Shown here: in pieces, positions 14,701-28,745 of the stretch
How the letters are laid out: every line of letters begins with the position of its first letter
How positions within the stretch are numbered: the stretch's first letter is position 1
Source of the DNA: Octopus vulgaris
Lineage: Eukaryota
Direction of reading: 5' to 3'
NCBI GenBank assembly: GCA_951406725.2
Contig: OX597816.1
Location: 14,880,001-14,944,000 of the forward strand
DNA length: 64,000 nt
Position numbers and translations under genes: made by a program
Notes under the pieces: generated by a model
Told to the model about the DNA's origin: nothing
Seen by the model: the letters and a program-made list of their open reading frames with translations, nothing else
Database searches by the model: none

Positions 14701-15589
14701 TGCTGAAAACCAGGTGACACATAACAACTAAAAGAGCATCTGGTTGTCAGATCCTGCTTCAAATAACTTCCCATCTCACCTAAACTACCAGGAACAAATG
14801 GATATTAAATGAATGAACAAAACACCTTCCTCATTTGTAAAACATCTGTGCAGTTTTGTATCAGCTGGCTGTAAGTCTAATGCTCAACAGATGCTCACCA
14901 AAGACTTGCAAGAGGAAATGAGAGAGGGGAAACTGAAAGAAGTCCATCATCATCATATTTTTAAAGTCCATTTTCCATACAGGCATGGATTAGATTATCT
15001 GATTAGCCACTGACCTGTATGTATGTGCAATAATGATTGCTATAAGCTTTAAGCTTATATAAAATTATTATTATTATTATTATTATTTACAGGATTGTAA
15101 ACTCGACGTTGTATAAAAAAAAACCATACACACCAAAAGCATATAGAAAGTTTGTTTACATAAAAACAAACACAAACTATGACAGATCTTAAATTTCACA
15201 GAAATAGGAAGACTGATTTGCTGGTGTAAAGGTAACACACTTAGTCACGTTAACAAAATGATGTGGGTTCAACTCCCACACAGATAGGAAAGCCTTCTTT
15301 TTTGTTTCGAGGGCTTAAATGCCCCTTTATTAGACTATTTTCCTTAGTTATTGCTCGGTGATCACCATAAGCTTTCAGCTTATATAAAAATACCATGTCT
15401 GGATGCTCTTCCTAATATTAACCACTTTAAAGAGTATACTGGGTGCATTTTACATAGCACCAGAAACACCAACAGGGTAGTCCACTAACTTGAAAAACAA
15501 AACCCTCTTAGCCAAGTGAGGGGGTGGAACCAAGGGAACTGTGTACAAGGCAAGAAGTTAAAGAATATATATATATATATATATATTAT

Positions 15590-15823
15590 TCAGGGTGTTA
15601 ACGGTGCAAGTTTTGGAAAGAGCATGGGTGTGCAAAGCTGAAAATGGCTGCCATTTAAGCGATGTCATTTTTCAATTGTAATGTAGTGGTGTTGCAAAAT
15701 TTGACTCATGCATATTAATTTCCATTATGTCCTTTATATTGTATCAAAATTTCATGCATTTATTTGTAAAGTTAAGGAAGTTATTAAAAACTGAAACCCA
15801 TCAGTGATTTTTGGGACACCCTA
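15590..15823. mobile_element. Tc1/mariner-type MITE (putative)
   Basis: Short TIR cagggtgt...acaccct in TA context. Confidence 0.45.
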
Positions 15824-16541
15824 TATGTGTATATATGTATAGGAAGTTGTGTATGTGTGCATTTTTGTCTCAATATTGTGTGATGGCTGTAATTATCACT
15901 GTTACACAAGCAGTGTCATTTGTTTCCGGCTTTCTGCAGAAAAACATGTCTAGCCATGAGAAAATATTACCTTTGTTGGAAACAGGTGAAGCTTGATTAC
16001 AGGAAGGGCATCTGGTCATAGAAAATCTACCTGAGTAAACTCCAAATAATACAAGCATGGAAAAGTTGACCTTAAAATGATGATGATGATAGCTTTTGCA
16101 CTTTACACTGCATTTTTCACTTGACACTTAGGATGGAATGAGAATACAAATTACATTTCTTTCTCTTTCTCGCCTGCTTTCTCTCTCTTTACCTCATTCC
16201 AATAAAAACCAGTGGGGCTGAGGTGAGCCAGAAGTATATGAACAGTAAAGACAAGTGAACAGCCGATAGGGGCCTTGCCAGAAGGAGAGGAATGAGGGAG
16301 GTCATGTGAATGGGTGAATGGAAGAATGACTAGTGTGGGCCTCTTTTGCTTTGGAGCTGTCGTGTCGAATGGACATGGTGAGTGAGTTGAGGCAATTTGC
16401 CATAAGGTCTTGGCCAGAAGTTATGCAGGTAGGGCTCCTATGGCTATATCGCAGCTGGAAAGGATCAACATTACAAGAGGACCCACAAAGTAGGTGAATT
16501 ACACCTTGCTTTCCCATACCACAAAATCTATATATATATAT

Positions 16542-16946
16542 TTCTTTATTGCCTACAAGGGGCTAAACATAGAGGGGACAAACAAGGACAAACAAACGGA
16601 TTAAGTCGATTATATCAACCCCAGTGTGAAACTGGTACTTTATTTATCGACCCCGAAAGGATGAAAGGCAAAGTTGAACTCGGTGGAATTTGAACTCAGA
16701 ACATAACGGCAGACGAAATATCTATTTCTTTACTACGCACAAGGGGCTAAACACAGAGGGGACAAACAAGGACAGACAAATGGATTAAGTCAATTACATC
16801 GACCCCAGTGCGAAACTGGTACTTTATTTATTGACCCCGAAAGGATGAAAGGCAAAGTCGACCTCGGCGGAATTTGAACTCAGAACATAACGGCAGACAA
16901 AATACCGCTAAGCATTTCGCCCGGCGCGCTAACGTTTCTGCCAGCT
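16542..16946 (-). mobile_element. SINE-B dimer
   Basis: Two ~183-bp units, one head. Confidence 0.9.
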
Positions 16947-17289
16947 TACATTTTTTTTTCACTATTTTCTAACTTTATATCATACCCTCGTTAAATTCTC
17001 ATTTCTCTCTCAGACTCTCCCTCTCTCATACACACACACACACAAGTATGTCTGAGCCAGTGTATGTAACTGATTAGGGAGACTGATGTAACTGAACTGG
17101 TCCTATCTGTTGGTTTCAGAATGTATCATTGCAGCCTCTTGATAACTGCTAAATATCAGTAAATGTTACCTCGATGTGTTCACACTACTTTCTGGGGGTG
17201 AGTGTGTATATATGCTCACACAACCATGCTTCCATCATCATCATCATCATCATTTAACATCCGTTTACCATGCTGGTAATGGGTTGGAC

Positions 17290-17702
<413 letters not shown>

Positions 17703-18615
17703 AACACTATTTCCTTCTATAAACTATTTAACTGTTCAACATAAATATATAGGGAAAAAATAATAACCAAAAACAATAAAAAGTATTTTGAAAAATAATG
17801 GAAAGAAAAAATCTCGGAAACTAACTAAATGGTAAAAAAAAACAAAAAAAAAAGAAAATTAAAAAAAAAAAAAAAAAATAAAGATCTGGAATGAATTTGT
17901 TTGAAATACTACTGAATTAGCTACATGTTATGACTACAAGATCTTAAGGCAAGGTAGCAACAAGCATAGGCTAGTTCTAGCATTCACAGAATCAGCCAAA
18001 GTAAACAAGCTCATTGACAATGGTACTGAAACAGCTTTTCTTATCAGAAACACCATTTAGCTAAAGAATTTTAATTACATTCACAGCACCAGCAACCTTA
18101 CTGTATCACTGTCTCAAATGACATATCTTTCTCTTTCTCTCTCTCTCTATTTCTATATATATATATATATATCTTTAATGAAGAAGCTCATATATATATA
18201 TACACACACATATATGAATATTGTTTTATAAAAAATATTATAAGAGGGAAATGTTTAAGTAGCAACTAATTTGTTGACAAAGAATGGCCAGAGCAAGAGG
18301 TTTGATAATGTTACAAAGGATATTGACCAGAGTCAAAGAATCAACTGACCAGTAAAATAAACACTTTGGTTTGGAATTTGATTTTCATTTATCTTATTTG
18401 TTTCAGTCATTAGATTGTGGCCCAAGCTGGGGCACTGCCTCAAAGAATTTTTAGTTGAACAAATCCACCCCAGATCCTATATCTATTTTTTATTTGTTTT
18501 GTTTTGTAAGCCTGGTATTTATTACATCGGTCTCTTTTGCCAAACTAGTTAGGGGACGTAAACAAACCAGCATTGGTTGTTAAGCAGTGGTGGGAGACAA
18601 ACACAGAAACAAAGT

Positions 18616-18655
<40 letters not shown>

Positions 18656-18898
18656 TATGTGATGGGCTTCTTTCAGTTTCCATCTATCAAATCCACTCAG
18701 AAGCCAAGGCTATAGTAGGAGACACCTGCCCAAGGTTCCATGCAGTGAGATTGAACCCAGAACCATATGGTTGGGAAGCAAAGTTTTTACCACACCACCA
18801 TGCCTTTTAACTTTTATTTGTTCAAATCATTAGACTGCGACCATGCCCAGAGCACTGCCTTGAAGGTTTTAATCAAAGAAATCAATTACATCACTTAT

Positions 18899-19255
18899 AC
18901 ATTATTTACATTTGATGGATATTTGTCCTCATAACAACTTTTCAGCTGATATACCCTCCAGCCTTCATCAGGTGTCTTGGGGAAATTTCAAACCTGGGTT
19001 CCCATTCCTAAGGTATAAGAGGGCAATGTTAAGTAGCAACTAATTTGATGACAAGAAAATGGACAGACCAAGAGGTTTGGTAATGTTACAAAGGATACTG
19101 ACCAGGTTCGAAATTTCCTCAAGACACCTGATGAAGGCTGGAGGGTATATCAGCCGAAACATTGTGTTAACAACAAACAAGATGAGGACAAATATCCATC
19201 AAATGTAAATATGTAAATAATGTACATAATTCCTCATTTCTTAAATATAGAACTG
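18899..19255. mobile_element. Palindromic Penelope-like element with hammerhead motif in both arms
   Basis: Inverted arms ~18899-18997 and ~19102-19224; 12-bp TSD tacatcacttat at 18887 and 19256. Confidence 0.8.
19123..19168 (+). ncRNA. Minimal type I hammerhead ribozyme motif
   Basis: GACAC-CTGATGA-a-GGCTG gagggtatat CAGCC-GAAA-CATT-GTGTT: stem I, canonical core, stem II, GAAA. Stem III is vestigial. Confidence 0.7.
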
Positions 19256-19297
19256 TACATCACTTATCTTTTTAAACCTGGTATCTATTCAATCAGA

Positions 19298-19531
19298 AAG
19301 GCGGTGAGCTGGCAGAAATGTTAGCACGCCGGGCGAAATGCTTAGCGGTATTCGTCTGTCGTTACGTTCTGAGTTCAAATTCTGCCGAGGTCAACTTTGC
19401 CTTTCATCCCTTTCGGGATCGATAAATTAAGTGCCAGTTACGCACTGGGGTCGATGTAATCGATTTAATCCCTTTTTCTGTCCTTATTTGTCTCCTCTAT
19501 GTTTAGCCCCTTGTGAGTAATAAAGAAATAA
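19298..19531 (+). mobile_element. SINE-B full monomer
   Basis: ggcggtgagctggcagaa head through aaagaaata tail. Confidence 0.9.
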
Positions 19532-19599
19532 AATTTATTCAGTCTCCTTTGCTGAACTGTTAAGTTACATGGATTTAAACAAATCAACACCAGTCACCA

Positions 19600-20220
19600 A
19601 GTAATGTATGCCTGTCTGTCGAGTCAGAGTAATGTGATTGCTCTGCACAAACCCTTTCAGTGTCTGAACATGGCTAGCTTTGGATTTATGTAGAACACCT
19701 GCTCTCAGACATGGGACAGGTCCTACTATTAGCTGGGTCCATGGTAAATACCATTCTACCACTTCTTTTGGCCTGGAAGGATAATTAGTTTGTCTTGCAA
19801 GGTACTTGGTGACCTTGTTGGTGCTGATGCCATGTAAGAAACACCTGGTAAACTCTGTGAAGTGGTTGACATTAGGAAGGGCATCCAACTATAGAAACCA
19901 TGCCAAAACAGACAAATGGAACCCACTGCAGCTCCTAGCCTTACCAGCTTCAGTCAAACTAGCCAACCCAGGCCAACACGGAAAACAGGTGTTAAATGAT
20001 GATGATGGTGGCCATGAAAAAAGAGATTGTGTAGGGGTTCGAGCCCTCATCAACTTTTATAAGTCTCAATTCAAAAGCAAATTGAGGGTAGAGAGGGAAG
20101 TGCTACTTCCCAGACGATTCATTGAAAGATGGATAATCTGAGTGAAGGGCCCATTCTGAGCATACATTTTTAGATGTAAAGAAGAACAACATAAAGAAGA
20201 CATTTGCTTCACTAGTCAGG
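19600..20220 (+). mobile_element. Possible L1/Tx1-like ORF2 C-terminal relic interrupted by SINE-C
   Basis: ALINFYKSQFKSKLRVEREVLLPRRFIERW resembles Tx1-type C-termini; weak. Confidence 0.35.
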
Positions 20221-20534
20221 GTGAATGTGCTATGCAGGGCTTTCAACGGTAGCCCTCAGAAGTCTCCCCAACACCTACAGGGGAATTTTCTTCATTAAAA
20301 TTCTATTTCACTATGTTTACTGTCGTTCATTCTTAAACCTTGCTCTGTTTTCTGTGACCTCATCCTTGTCATGTTCTCGTTGTGTGAGTCCTGGTGACTT
20401 AGAAGGTTATGTGCAGGTCAACTTTGGCTTTCATACTTTCGGGGTTCATAAATTAGGTACCAGTGAAACCCAGGGGTTGATGTAGTCAACTAGTCACCTC
20501 CCTCAAAATTTCAGACTTTGTACCTTTAGTAGAA

Positions 20535-20770
20535 AGAAGAAGAAGAAGAAGAAGAAGAAGAAGAAGAAGAAGAAGAAGAAGAAGAAGAAGAAGAAGAAGA
20601 AGAAGAAGAAGAAGAAGAAGAAGAAGAAGAAGAAGAAGAAGAAGAAGAAGAAGAAGAAGAAGAAGAAGAAGAAGAAGAAGAAGAAGAAGAAGAAGAAGAA
20701 GAAGAAGAAGAAGAAGAAGAAGAAGAAGAAGAAGAAGAAGAAGAAGAAGAAGAAGAAGAAGAAGAAGAAG
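20535..20770. repeat. Perfect (GAA)n, ~78 units
   Basis: Directly visible; forms the tail of a SINE-B fragment. Confidence 0.98.
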
Positions 20771-21080
20771 GAAGCAGTGAGCTGGTAGAATCATTAGGAC
20801 ACCAGGCAAAAAGCTGAGTGGCATTTTGTCCATCTGCACATTCCAAGTTCAAATTCTGTCAAGGTTGATTAAATAAATATCGGTTGAGTAAAAGAATCAA
20901 TGTAATCAACTAACCGGCTCCTCTAAAATTGCTGGCCTTGTGCCAAAATTTTGAAACCATTATTATTATTAATGAAAGGCAAAGGCAAACTCGGTGGAAT
21001 TTGAACTTGGAACGTAAGGATGGATGAAATGCTACTAAGCATTTTATCCTGCATGCTAACAATTATGCCAGTTCACTGCC

Positions 21081-21128
<48 letters not shown>

Positions 21129-21300
21129 GGCGCAGGAGTGGCTGTGTGGTAAGTAGCTTGCTAACCAACCACATGGTTCCGGGTTCAGTCCCACTGCGTG
21201 GCATCTTGGGCAAGTGTCATCTGCTATAGCCCCGGGCCAACCAAAGCCTTGTGAGTGGATTTGGTAGACGGAAACAGAAAGAAGCCTGTCGTATATATGC

Positions 21301-21334
<34 letters not shown>

Positions 21335-21549
21335 GTGTGTGTCTGTGTTTGTCCCCCTAGCATTGCTTCACAACCGATGCTGGTGTGTTTACGTCCCCGT
21401 CACTTAGCGGTTCGGCAAAAAGAGAGACCGATAGAATAAGTACTGGGCTGACAAAGAATAAGTCCCGGGGTCGATTTGCTCGACTAAAAGGCGGTGCTCC
21501 AGCATGGCCGCAGTCAAAATGACTGAAACAAGTAAAAGAGTAAAAGAGA

Positions 21550-21550
<1 letters not shown>
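21129..21550 (+). mobile_element. SINE-A full copy (tRNA-like head GGAGTGGCTGTGTGGTAAG..GGTTCAGTCCC, central TA/TG microsatellite, AAAAGAGT tail)
   Basis: A/B-box-like head. Near-identical copies at 24729-25117, 31947-32336, 42620-43045, 55560-55955, 61212-61635 (+) and 48028-48450, 53049-53738, 56280-56670 (-). Confidence 0.92.
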
Positions 21551-21589
<39 letters not shown>

Positions 21590-22754
21590 TAATTCAATCA
21601 TTTTTGAAAAGAATGTAGTCTGTGTTGCATTTAGTGCTAATAACTATAGGCATCTTTGTAAAAGTTTGATAAACACACACCATATGTCCTGTGTCATATT
21701 TTTATAGAGAATATCACAAACACAGCTACAGTATGCAAGAGAGACTGTCTGGCAAAGAACCAAATTTAGAAATTTTATGAGTCTGGCGATGGAAAACTTA
21801 AATCGTTTATCATTCTGAAATCAATAAATAATTATTTCATTCTTTGGCACAAGGTCTATTTGTAAGAAATTCCTCTATTTTTGTTTGTTTGTTTTTATTA
21901 AAAGCTCAGTATTTATTTAAAGCAAAAATAACTGTGGCAAGAATTTGAAATTTGAAATTCTTACTATATGCCAGTATTATATTTACCATAAATGCTAGAG
22001 GACCTACCAACCACATTAACCATTTTGATACCAACCTGCCGGAACCAGCCCCTCATTTTATGATACAAACTCCCTGTTTTAGAATTATTGATATTAAAAT
22101 TTTCCACCAAAGCTTCATGAGTGCAGGTGTGGCCATGTGGTAAGAAGTTTGCTTCCCAACCACATGGTTCCAGGTTCACTCCCACCGCATGGCACATGTG
22201 CAGGTATCTTCTACTATAGTATCTAGCCAACCAAAGCCTTGTGGATGGATTTGGTAGATGGAAACTGAAAGAAGCCCATCGTGTGTATGTGTGTCTGTGT
22301 ATGTCCCCACCCCCACCACTTGTCAACCAGTGTTAGTGTGTTTACATCCCCATAGCTTAGCAGTTCAGCAAAAGAGCTCAGCCAATAGAATAAATACCAG
22401 GCTTAAAAAGAAAATAGGTTCCAGGGTTGATTAGTTCAATAAAAATTCTTCAATGCCATGCCCCAGCATGGCCACAGTCTAATGACTGTGTGGTGCCTTG
22501 GACAAGTGTCTTGTACTCTAGCCTTGGTCCAACCTAAGCCTTGTGAATGGATTTGGTAGGCAGAAACTGCCGGAGTCACATGGAGCTTAGGTTTTTCGCT
22601 CATAAACACACACATTACATCGTCTGAGATTTGAACCCATGATCCCTCGACCAAGAGTCCGCTGCTCTAACCACTAGGCCATGTGCCTCCACTAATGAAA
22701 AGAGTAGAGCAAGCATAACATTGACATGGAATCAATTTACATTTTTCCTTCATA

Positions 22755-22975
22755 ACAGCAGGGAGAAAAATAAATAAACGCAGGAACCTGACCAACCACA
22801 ATCAATTTATGCCAGTTGCTATTGAGACCTCAGGTATTCCCAACTATCAATTTCCACTGCAAAAGTGAGATAACAGCAGCCTATTTGAGAAATGATTCTC
22901 ATGAGATGGAGTGGCAGCTGCAGTGAGTGTCACTAGCAATTCTCCACAGCAACACCATCACAACCAAGACTGCGG
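22755..22975 (+). mobile_element. Decayed CRE-clade-like non-LTR endonuclease (REL) C-terminus
   Basis: KINKRRNLTNHNQFMPVAIETSG ... EWQLQ*VSLAILHSN resembles F.P.AIET.G ... QR.S.AI.RGN. Confidence 0.55.
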
Positions 22976-23344
22976 GGGATGCAGCTGAGAATACCATTTC
23001 TTCCGGGGGGGGGGGGGGCATTCCCCCCCTTTACTGCTTAACCCCTGCCCTTTTCTATTTTCCCATTTTTACCATTCTTTTCTTTTTCTGTTTCTTTGTA
23101 TTTAAATGCCATAATCTAAAACGTGATCAGTTGGTTGAAAAACGTTTTTAACTATTCACTGATAAACAAGAATGCGCTAAGAGGACTGACTCATCCCATT
23201 GGTCAAATACTTGGCACTGGCCAAGCTCAGTTAGAACAATTGTGATGCTGATGATGCCTAATGATCCAGAAATGTGTGTCCAAAACTGTTCTTATATCTC
23301 CCAAGACAGTAAACCTATCCTTTTACTGAATGGTATGACAGTTT

Positions 23345-23570
23345 TGGCAGAAACGTTAGCACGCCGGGTTAAATGCGTAGCCGAATTTCGTCTGCCGTTA
23401 CGTTCTGAGTTCAAATTCCGCCGAGGTCGACTTTGCCTTTCATCCTTTCGGGGTCGATAAATTAAGTACTAGTTACACACTGGGGGTCGATATAATCAAC
23501 TTAATCCCTTTGTCTGTCCTTGTTTGTCCTCTCAGTGTTTAGCCCCTTGTAGGTAGTAATGAAACAGGTA
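23345..23570 (+). mobile_element. SINE-B monomer with TSD
   Basis: TSD ggtatgaSagttttgg on both sides. Confidence 0.88.
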
Positions 23571-24399
23571 TGAGAGTTTTGGAGAATTCTTGATTCCCCC
23601 ATCCTCAATTGGCACTAGTTTTAATTGCTATTAGGTAATTAAGACACACACCCTGGACGTCGTCATCATCATCATAATCATGTAACATTGGTTTTTCGTG
23701 CTGGTATGGGTTGGACAGTTTGAGAGAAGTTGGCAAACCAGAGGGCTGCACCAAGCTCCAGTCAGGTGTTTTGGTATAGTTTCTACAGCTGGATGCCCTT
23801 CCTAATGCCAACCACTTTACAAAGTGTACTGGGTATCTTTCACGTGGCACCAGCACAGGTGCGTTTTATAGATAATTTTAATAAATCAAGAACTTATACA
23901 GTATTATATACCTGTATTTGTCTTAATTTACTTATACATGGAATAGTCTAAGGAATAGTCCATTTTTAAGTTACTTTATTTTTGGTGAATAATTGCGAAT
24001 CTTATTGAAATAGGAATAAGGAATTTGCTGGTTCAATCTGGAACATGGCACCAACCTTCATACCACACATTCAAAAGAATGTATGGTATGAAGTTTGTTG
24101 TTGTTATTCCCTACTACCAACTTGGTTGACCTAAAACAGATTCTATTCCGTGTTCATAGTTTAAAAGTTAGCAATACGAAGAGCATCTGGAAAATTAAAA
24201 TAAAAAATGAAATATATAAAAAGGAAAAAAAAATTTCTCATTATTCTGAGCATGAAAAAAAATAATACAAAGCAATCAAATTAATATTTTTACCAGATTA
24301 TAAAGGAGACATTACATAGCCACTTGACAAGCTAGAAATAGCAGCCAACCCCATCCCACCACAAATAATACAATATTACATAAGCATTTTATAATGTTT

Positions 24400-24486
24400 C
24401 TTTCTTTTGTGGGAACTCGCCGCATACTGGCAGCTGATGGCTCGCGGACCGGCATCAGTCTGCGGACCACCACTTTGAGTAGCACT
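24400..24486. mobile_element. hAT/Charlie-like MITE end
   Basis: ...gcggaccaccactttgagtagcactg terminus. Confidence 0.5.
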
Positions 24487-24728
24487 GCTGTGGATATAGC
24501 TGAGAAAAAGTGATGGGAGTCTGTGAGAAGCTAATTTACGATAGACATAATCTATGATCATAGAGTTATTCCATAGTGCTCCAAATAATTTGGTAATTAG
24601 ACTGCTAACTCATAGGGTCAGGAGCTCATAGAAGGGTCTTTTGTTTTTTGAGGTTTTTTTGCATATTTCAGCAGCATGCAATTACATGTGGCTCAGTTCA
24701 CCAAACTGTCAGGAATGGATCAGCCTAC

Positions 24729-25117
24729 CAGGAGTGGCTGTGTGGTAAGTAGCTTGCTTACAAACCACATGGTTCTAGGTTCAGTCCCACTGCATGGCAC
24801 CTTAGGCAAGTGTCTTCTACTATAGCCTCAGGCCGACCCAAACCTTGTGAGTGGATTTGGTAGACGGAAACTGAAAGAAGCCCGTTGTATATATATATAT
24901 GTATGTATGTGTGTTTGTGTGTCTGTGTTTATTCCCCCAACATCACTTGACAACCGATGCTGGTGTGTTAACATCCCCGTAACTTAGCGGTTCAGCAAAA
25001 GAGACCGATAGAATAAGTACTAGGCTTACAAAGAATAATTCCTGGGGTCGATTTGCATGACTAAAGGCAGTGCTCCAGTATGGCCACAGTCAAATGACTG
25101 AAACAAGTAAAAGAGTA
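24729..25117 (+). mobile_element. SINE-A
   Basis: Matches copy at 21129. Confidence 0.9.
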
Positions 25118-25802
25118 ATGTTATGAGAAATAAAATGGTATCCTACCCAAGAGAAAGAGAGAGAGACAGACAGACAGACATCTTTCATTTAACCCTTTTG
25201 TTACTAAATTTCTGTTTGTTTCAACTAATTTTAAAAATAACAAATAATTTTGTAAAATAACTGTTGTTAATTAAGCTGGTATAGGGGATGTAAATTAACA
25301 TGAAGGTTTTAATGTAGATTACTTTAAAACAAGAAGCTTGTACCATGGAACCATGTATGGCATCAAAAGGTTAAATGAGAGATGAGGTTGTGTCCTCCTC
25401 TCTCTGTTCCTATTCTGGATAGGACACCCTTTTATTTCTCATAACAATACTAAATGATCTGGCAAGCTGATTCATTCGTCAGTCAGGTGGACTGAGCCAC
25501 ATACAATTAAAATCAGTGTGAAGTTCTGGGTCTTACAACTTCCATAAGAACTCAGTTGACATTGAGATATATTTTTAAATGAGGATAATATATATTTCTT
25601 TATTTCTAAACATAGAGGGGACAAACAAGGACAGACAAAGGGATTAAGTCGATTATATCGACCCCAGTGATTGACTGGTACTTATTTAATCGACTCCGAA
25701 AGGATGAAAGGCAAAGTCGACCTCGGCGGAATTTGAACTCAGAACGTAAAGGCAGACGAAATACCGCTAGGGTTTTCGCCCGGCGTGCTAACATTTCTGC
25801 CA

Positions 25803-26113
25803 GATGAATGCTATTGGCTATGACATCATGAAAGTTAGAAAAAAATCCAACCAATCGATGAACGCTATTGGCTGAGATCATGAAAGTCAGGAGAAATTTC
25901 CAACGAATCGATGAATGCTATTGATATGACATCATGAAAGTCAGAGAAAAATCCAACCAATCAATGAATGCTATTGGCTATGATATCATGAAAGTCAGAG
26001 AAAAGTCCAACCAATCAATGAATGCTATTGGCTACAAAGCTAAAAATCTGAGGAAATTTCCAACCAATCAATGAATGCTATTGACCACAACATTGTGAAA
26101 CCAATCACGTGAC
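25803..26113. repeat. 53-54-bp minisatellite, ~5 copies, with CCAAT/ATTGG and TGACATCA-like motifs
   Basis: Unit starts near 25803, 25857, 25910, 25963, 26017, 26070. Confidence 0.9.
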
Positions 26114-26147
26114 TAAGGCTGTTAGTGAATGGTATCCACTTAATCGA

Positions 26148-26566
26148 AGGCGACGAGCTGGCAGAAACATTAGCATGCTTGGCGAAATGCTTTGCGGTAT
26201 TTCGTCTGCCGCTACATTCTGAGTTCAAATTCCGCTGAGGTCGACTTTGCCTTTCATCCTTTCGGGTTCGATAAATTAAGTACCAGTTACGCACTGGGGT
26301 CGATATAATCGACTTAATCCGTCTGTCTGTCCTTGCTTGTCTCCTCTGTATTTTACCCCTTGTGGGTAGTAAAGAAATAGGTATTTCATCTGCCATTACA
26401 TTCTGAGTTCAAATTCCGCCGAGGTCGACTTTGCTTTTCATCCTTTCGGGGTCGATAAATTAAGTACCAGTTACGCACTGGGGTCAATATAATTGACTTA
26501 ATCCATCTGTCTCTCCTTGTTTGTCTCCTCTGTGTTTAGCCCCTTGTGGATAGTAAAGAAATAGGT
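26148..26566 (+). mobile_element. SINE-B dimer with 15-bp TSD
   Basis: TSD ggtatccacttaatc at ~26131 and ~26564. Confidence 0.92.
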
Positions 26567-27261
26567 ATCCACTTAATCTACTGCTAGCTCACTCCCTGGC
26601 AACTGGCTGTGTTTTTGTTTCTGATGTAACAAGCCAGCCAAGTGATTCTTCAGCCAACAAAATCCAGAATAATTTTATAAGTGAAAACATAAATAATCAG
26701 ATATATATGTTGCATTAAGATAAGTAAATTAAATTAGCAAGTGAAGTCCCAAGCAAAACAATGGCTTATCTTTTATTAGTTTTTATTAAGACAGGAATCT
26801 TAGCTGTCCAAATCTTTACACCAAGTAAGGACTAGTGTTACTATTTATACAGCCTTAGTGAGATTAGTAGCTAATTTAGGCCTAAGATTTTAAGCTAAAA
26901 ACCAAGAGACATACATCGAACAAGAATACTGTAAAACAAGTAATTAGAAGCTCTTACATGTTTGCCAAATTCCAAATGACAAGAACTAATAATGTAATAA
27001 CAACTATTATGAAATGAAAACTAATTAGGTGAAATAGACAAACTATTTTGCCAGATGAGTTTTGATTCATGAGCTAATTAATTCATTATTATCTGCAAAA
27101 TTAAAATTTTTGCTTCCTCCATCAAGAATTGTATATGTGTGTTGGTGTATGAGCATGCACATACATAAGCGTAGATGTTTATATATATGCCAAAAATAAT
27201 ATGAATAAGGTAATAGAGTGTGTGTATGTGTATATGTGTGTGTGTGTGTGTGTATATATAT

Positions 27262-27316
<55 letters not shown>

Positions 27317-27321
27317 CATAC

Positions 27322-27382
<61 letters not shown>

Positions 27383-27384
27383 GA
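27262..27384. repeat. (GATA)n tetranucleotide repeat
   Basis: Directly visible. Confidence 0.97.
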
Positions 27385-28486
27385 TATATGTATGTTATAT
27401 GTGTGCTCCCTTTTGTAAGATTTGCTAGATATGCAGATATGTTCATGAACACACAAGTTTTGTGACATAAGTTTTAGAACTAAGTAAGCCAAATCTGCCC
27501 CTAACTTTAAATTTCCGGTTATAGCAGTTTCACTTAGTTTCCTATCATCTTTGGAAAAAAACATGAGTTCTCTTTTCTTCCCGTTCAGGAAACAATAAAA
27601 GAAATGACTTACTGATAACATCAACTGTAAAAATTGAAGAAATTCATCATCATCATCATCATCATTTAAAGTCTGCTTTCCATGCTAGCATGGGTTGGAC
27701 GATTTGACTGAGGTCTGGTGAACCAGATGGCTGCACCAGGCTCCAATCTGATCTGGCAGAGTTTGTACAGCTGGATGTCTTTCCTAATGCCAACCACTCT
27801 GAGAGTGTAGTGGGTGCTTTTATGTGCCACTGACACAAGGGCCAGTCAGGCGGTACTGGCAATGGCCACACTCAAATGGTGCTTTTTATATGCCACCTGC
27901 ACAGGAGCCAGTCCTGAAATTAACTCTGCTTATTCTAAAAACAATAGTGACAGCAACAGTATCAATGCCAAAAGGTAATTGTGATCAACTTAACATAAAA
28001 TTCTGTTATTTACCTTGAGAGCATCTCTCATAAGGACTTGTGGTGCATAAAGGCACTCGCTTTTATATCACTGACAGATGAGAATTGTATGCTACAGCCA
28101 CCAAAACTGCCGGGGTCACGTGATTTCACCCTGCTGTGGGTTCCTCAGAGACAGACATCCAGCAGTGCAATAACAGCTGAATCTCCTGCCAACAACATAT
28201 AGAATCTCAGTGTCTATGCAGGCACCTGTTTTTCTATTGTTCATAATCTATGTCAATTACAGGTTACTGTTCTTTATTTTATCAACCTCAGAAGGATAAA
28301 AGTAAAGTCAAACAGCATAGAATTTGAATTCAGCGCATAGGAGTGTAAGGATGATAATTCATTAAAACTTAATTATTTTTCATGTAACAAACCCATCAAG
28401 AAGCTTTTAGATTACAACAACATGAAGTTTTACATAAATAACTGTAAATTATTTCTGTAAATTATTCCTGTATTTAGTTAGCAATA

Positions 28487-28745
28487 TCATCATCATGCCG
28501 GTGGCACGTAAAAAGCACCATCCGATCGTGGCCATTGCCAGCCTCCACTGGTTCCTGTGCCGGTGGCACGAAAAAAGCACCCACTACACTCACGGAGTGG
28601 TTGGCATTAGGAAGGGCATCCAGCTGTAGAAACACTGCCAGATCAGACTGGAGCCTGGCGAAGCCTCCTGGCTTCCCAGACCTCAGTCGTACTGTCCAAC
28701 CCATGCTAGCATGGAAAACGGACGTTAAACGATGATGATGATGAA
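28487..28745 (+). mobile_element. SINE-C with long flanking duplication
   Basis: ~43-bp taaattatttctgtaaatYattcctgtatttagttagcaatat on both sides. Confidence 0.85.

Noticed and set aside
20486-20852. Poly-Leu and poly-Ser ORFs
   Set aside because: Translation of (GAA)n.
21129-21200. tRNA-like sequences at SINE heads (also ~15220-15280, 39075-39148)
   Set aside because: No proper cloverleaf; they are SINE promoter regions, not tRNA genes.
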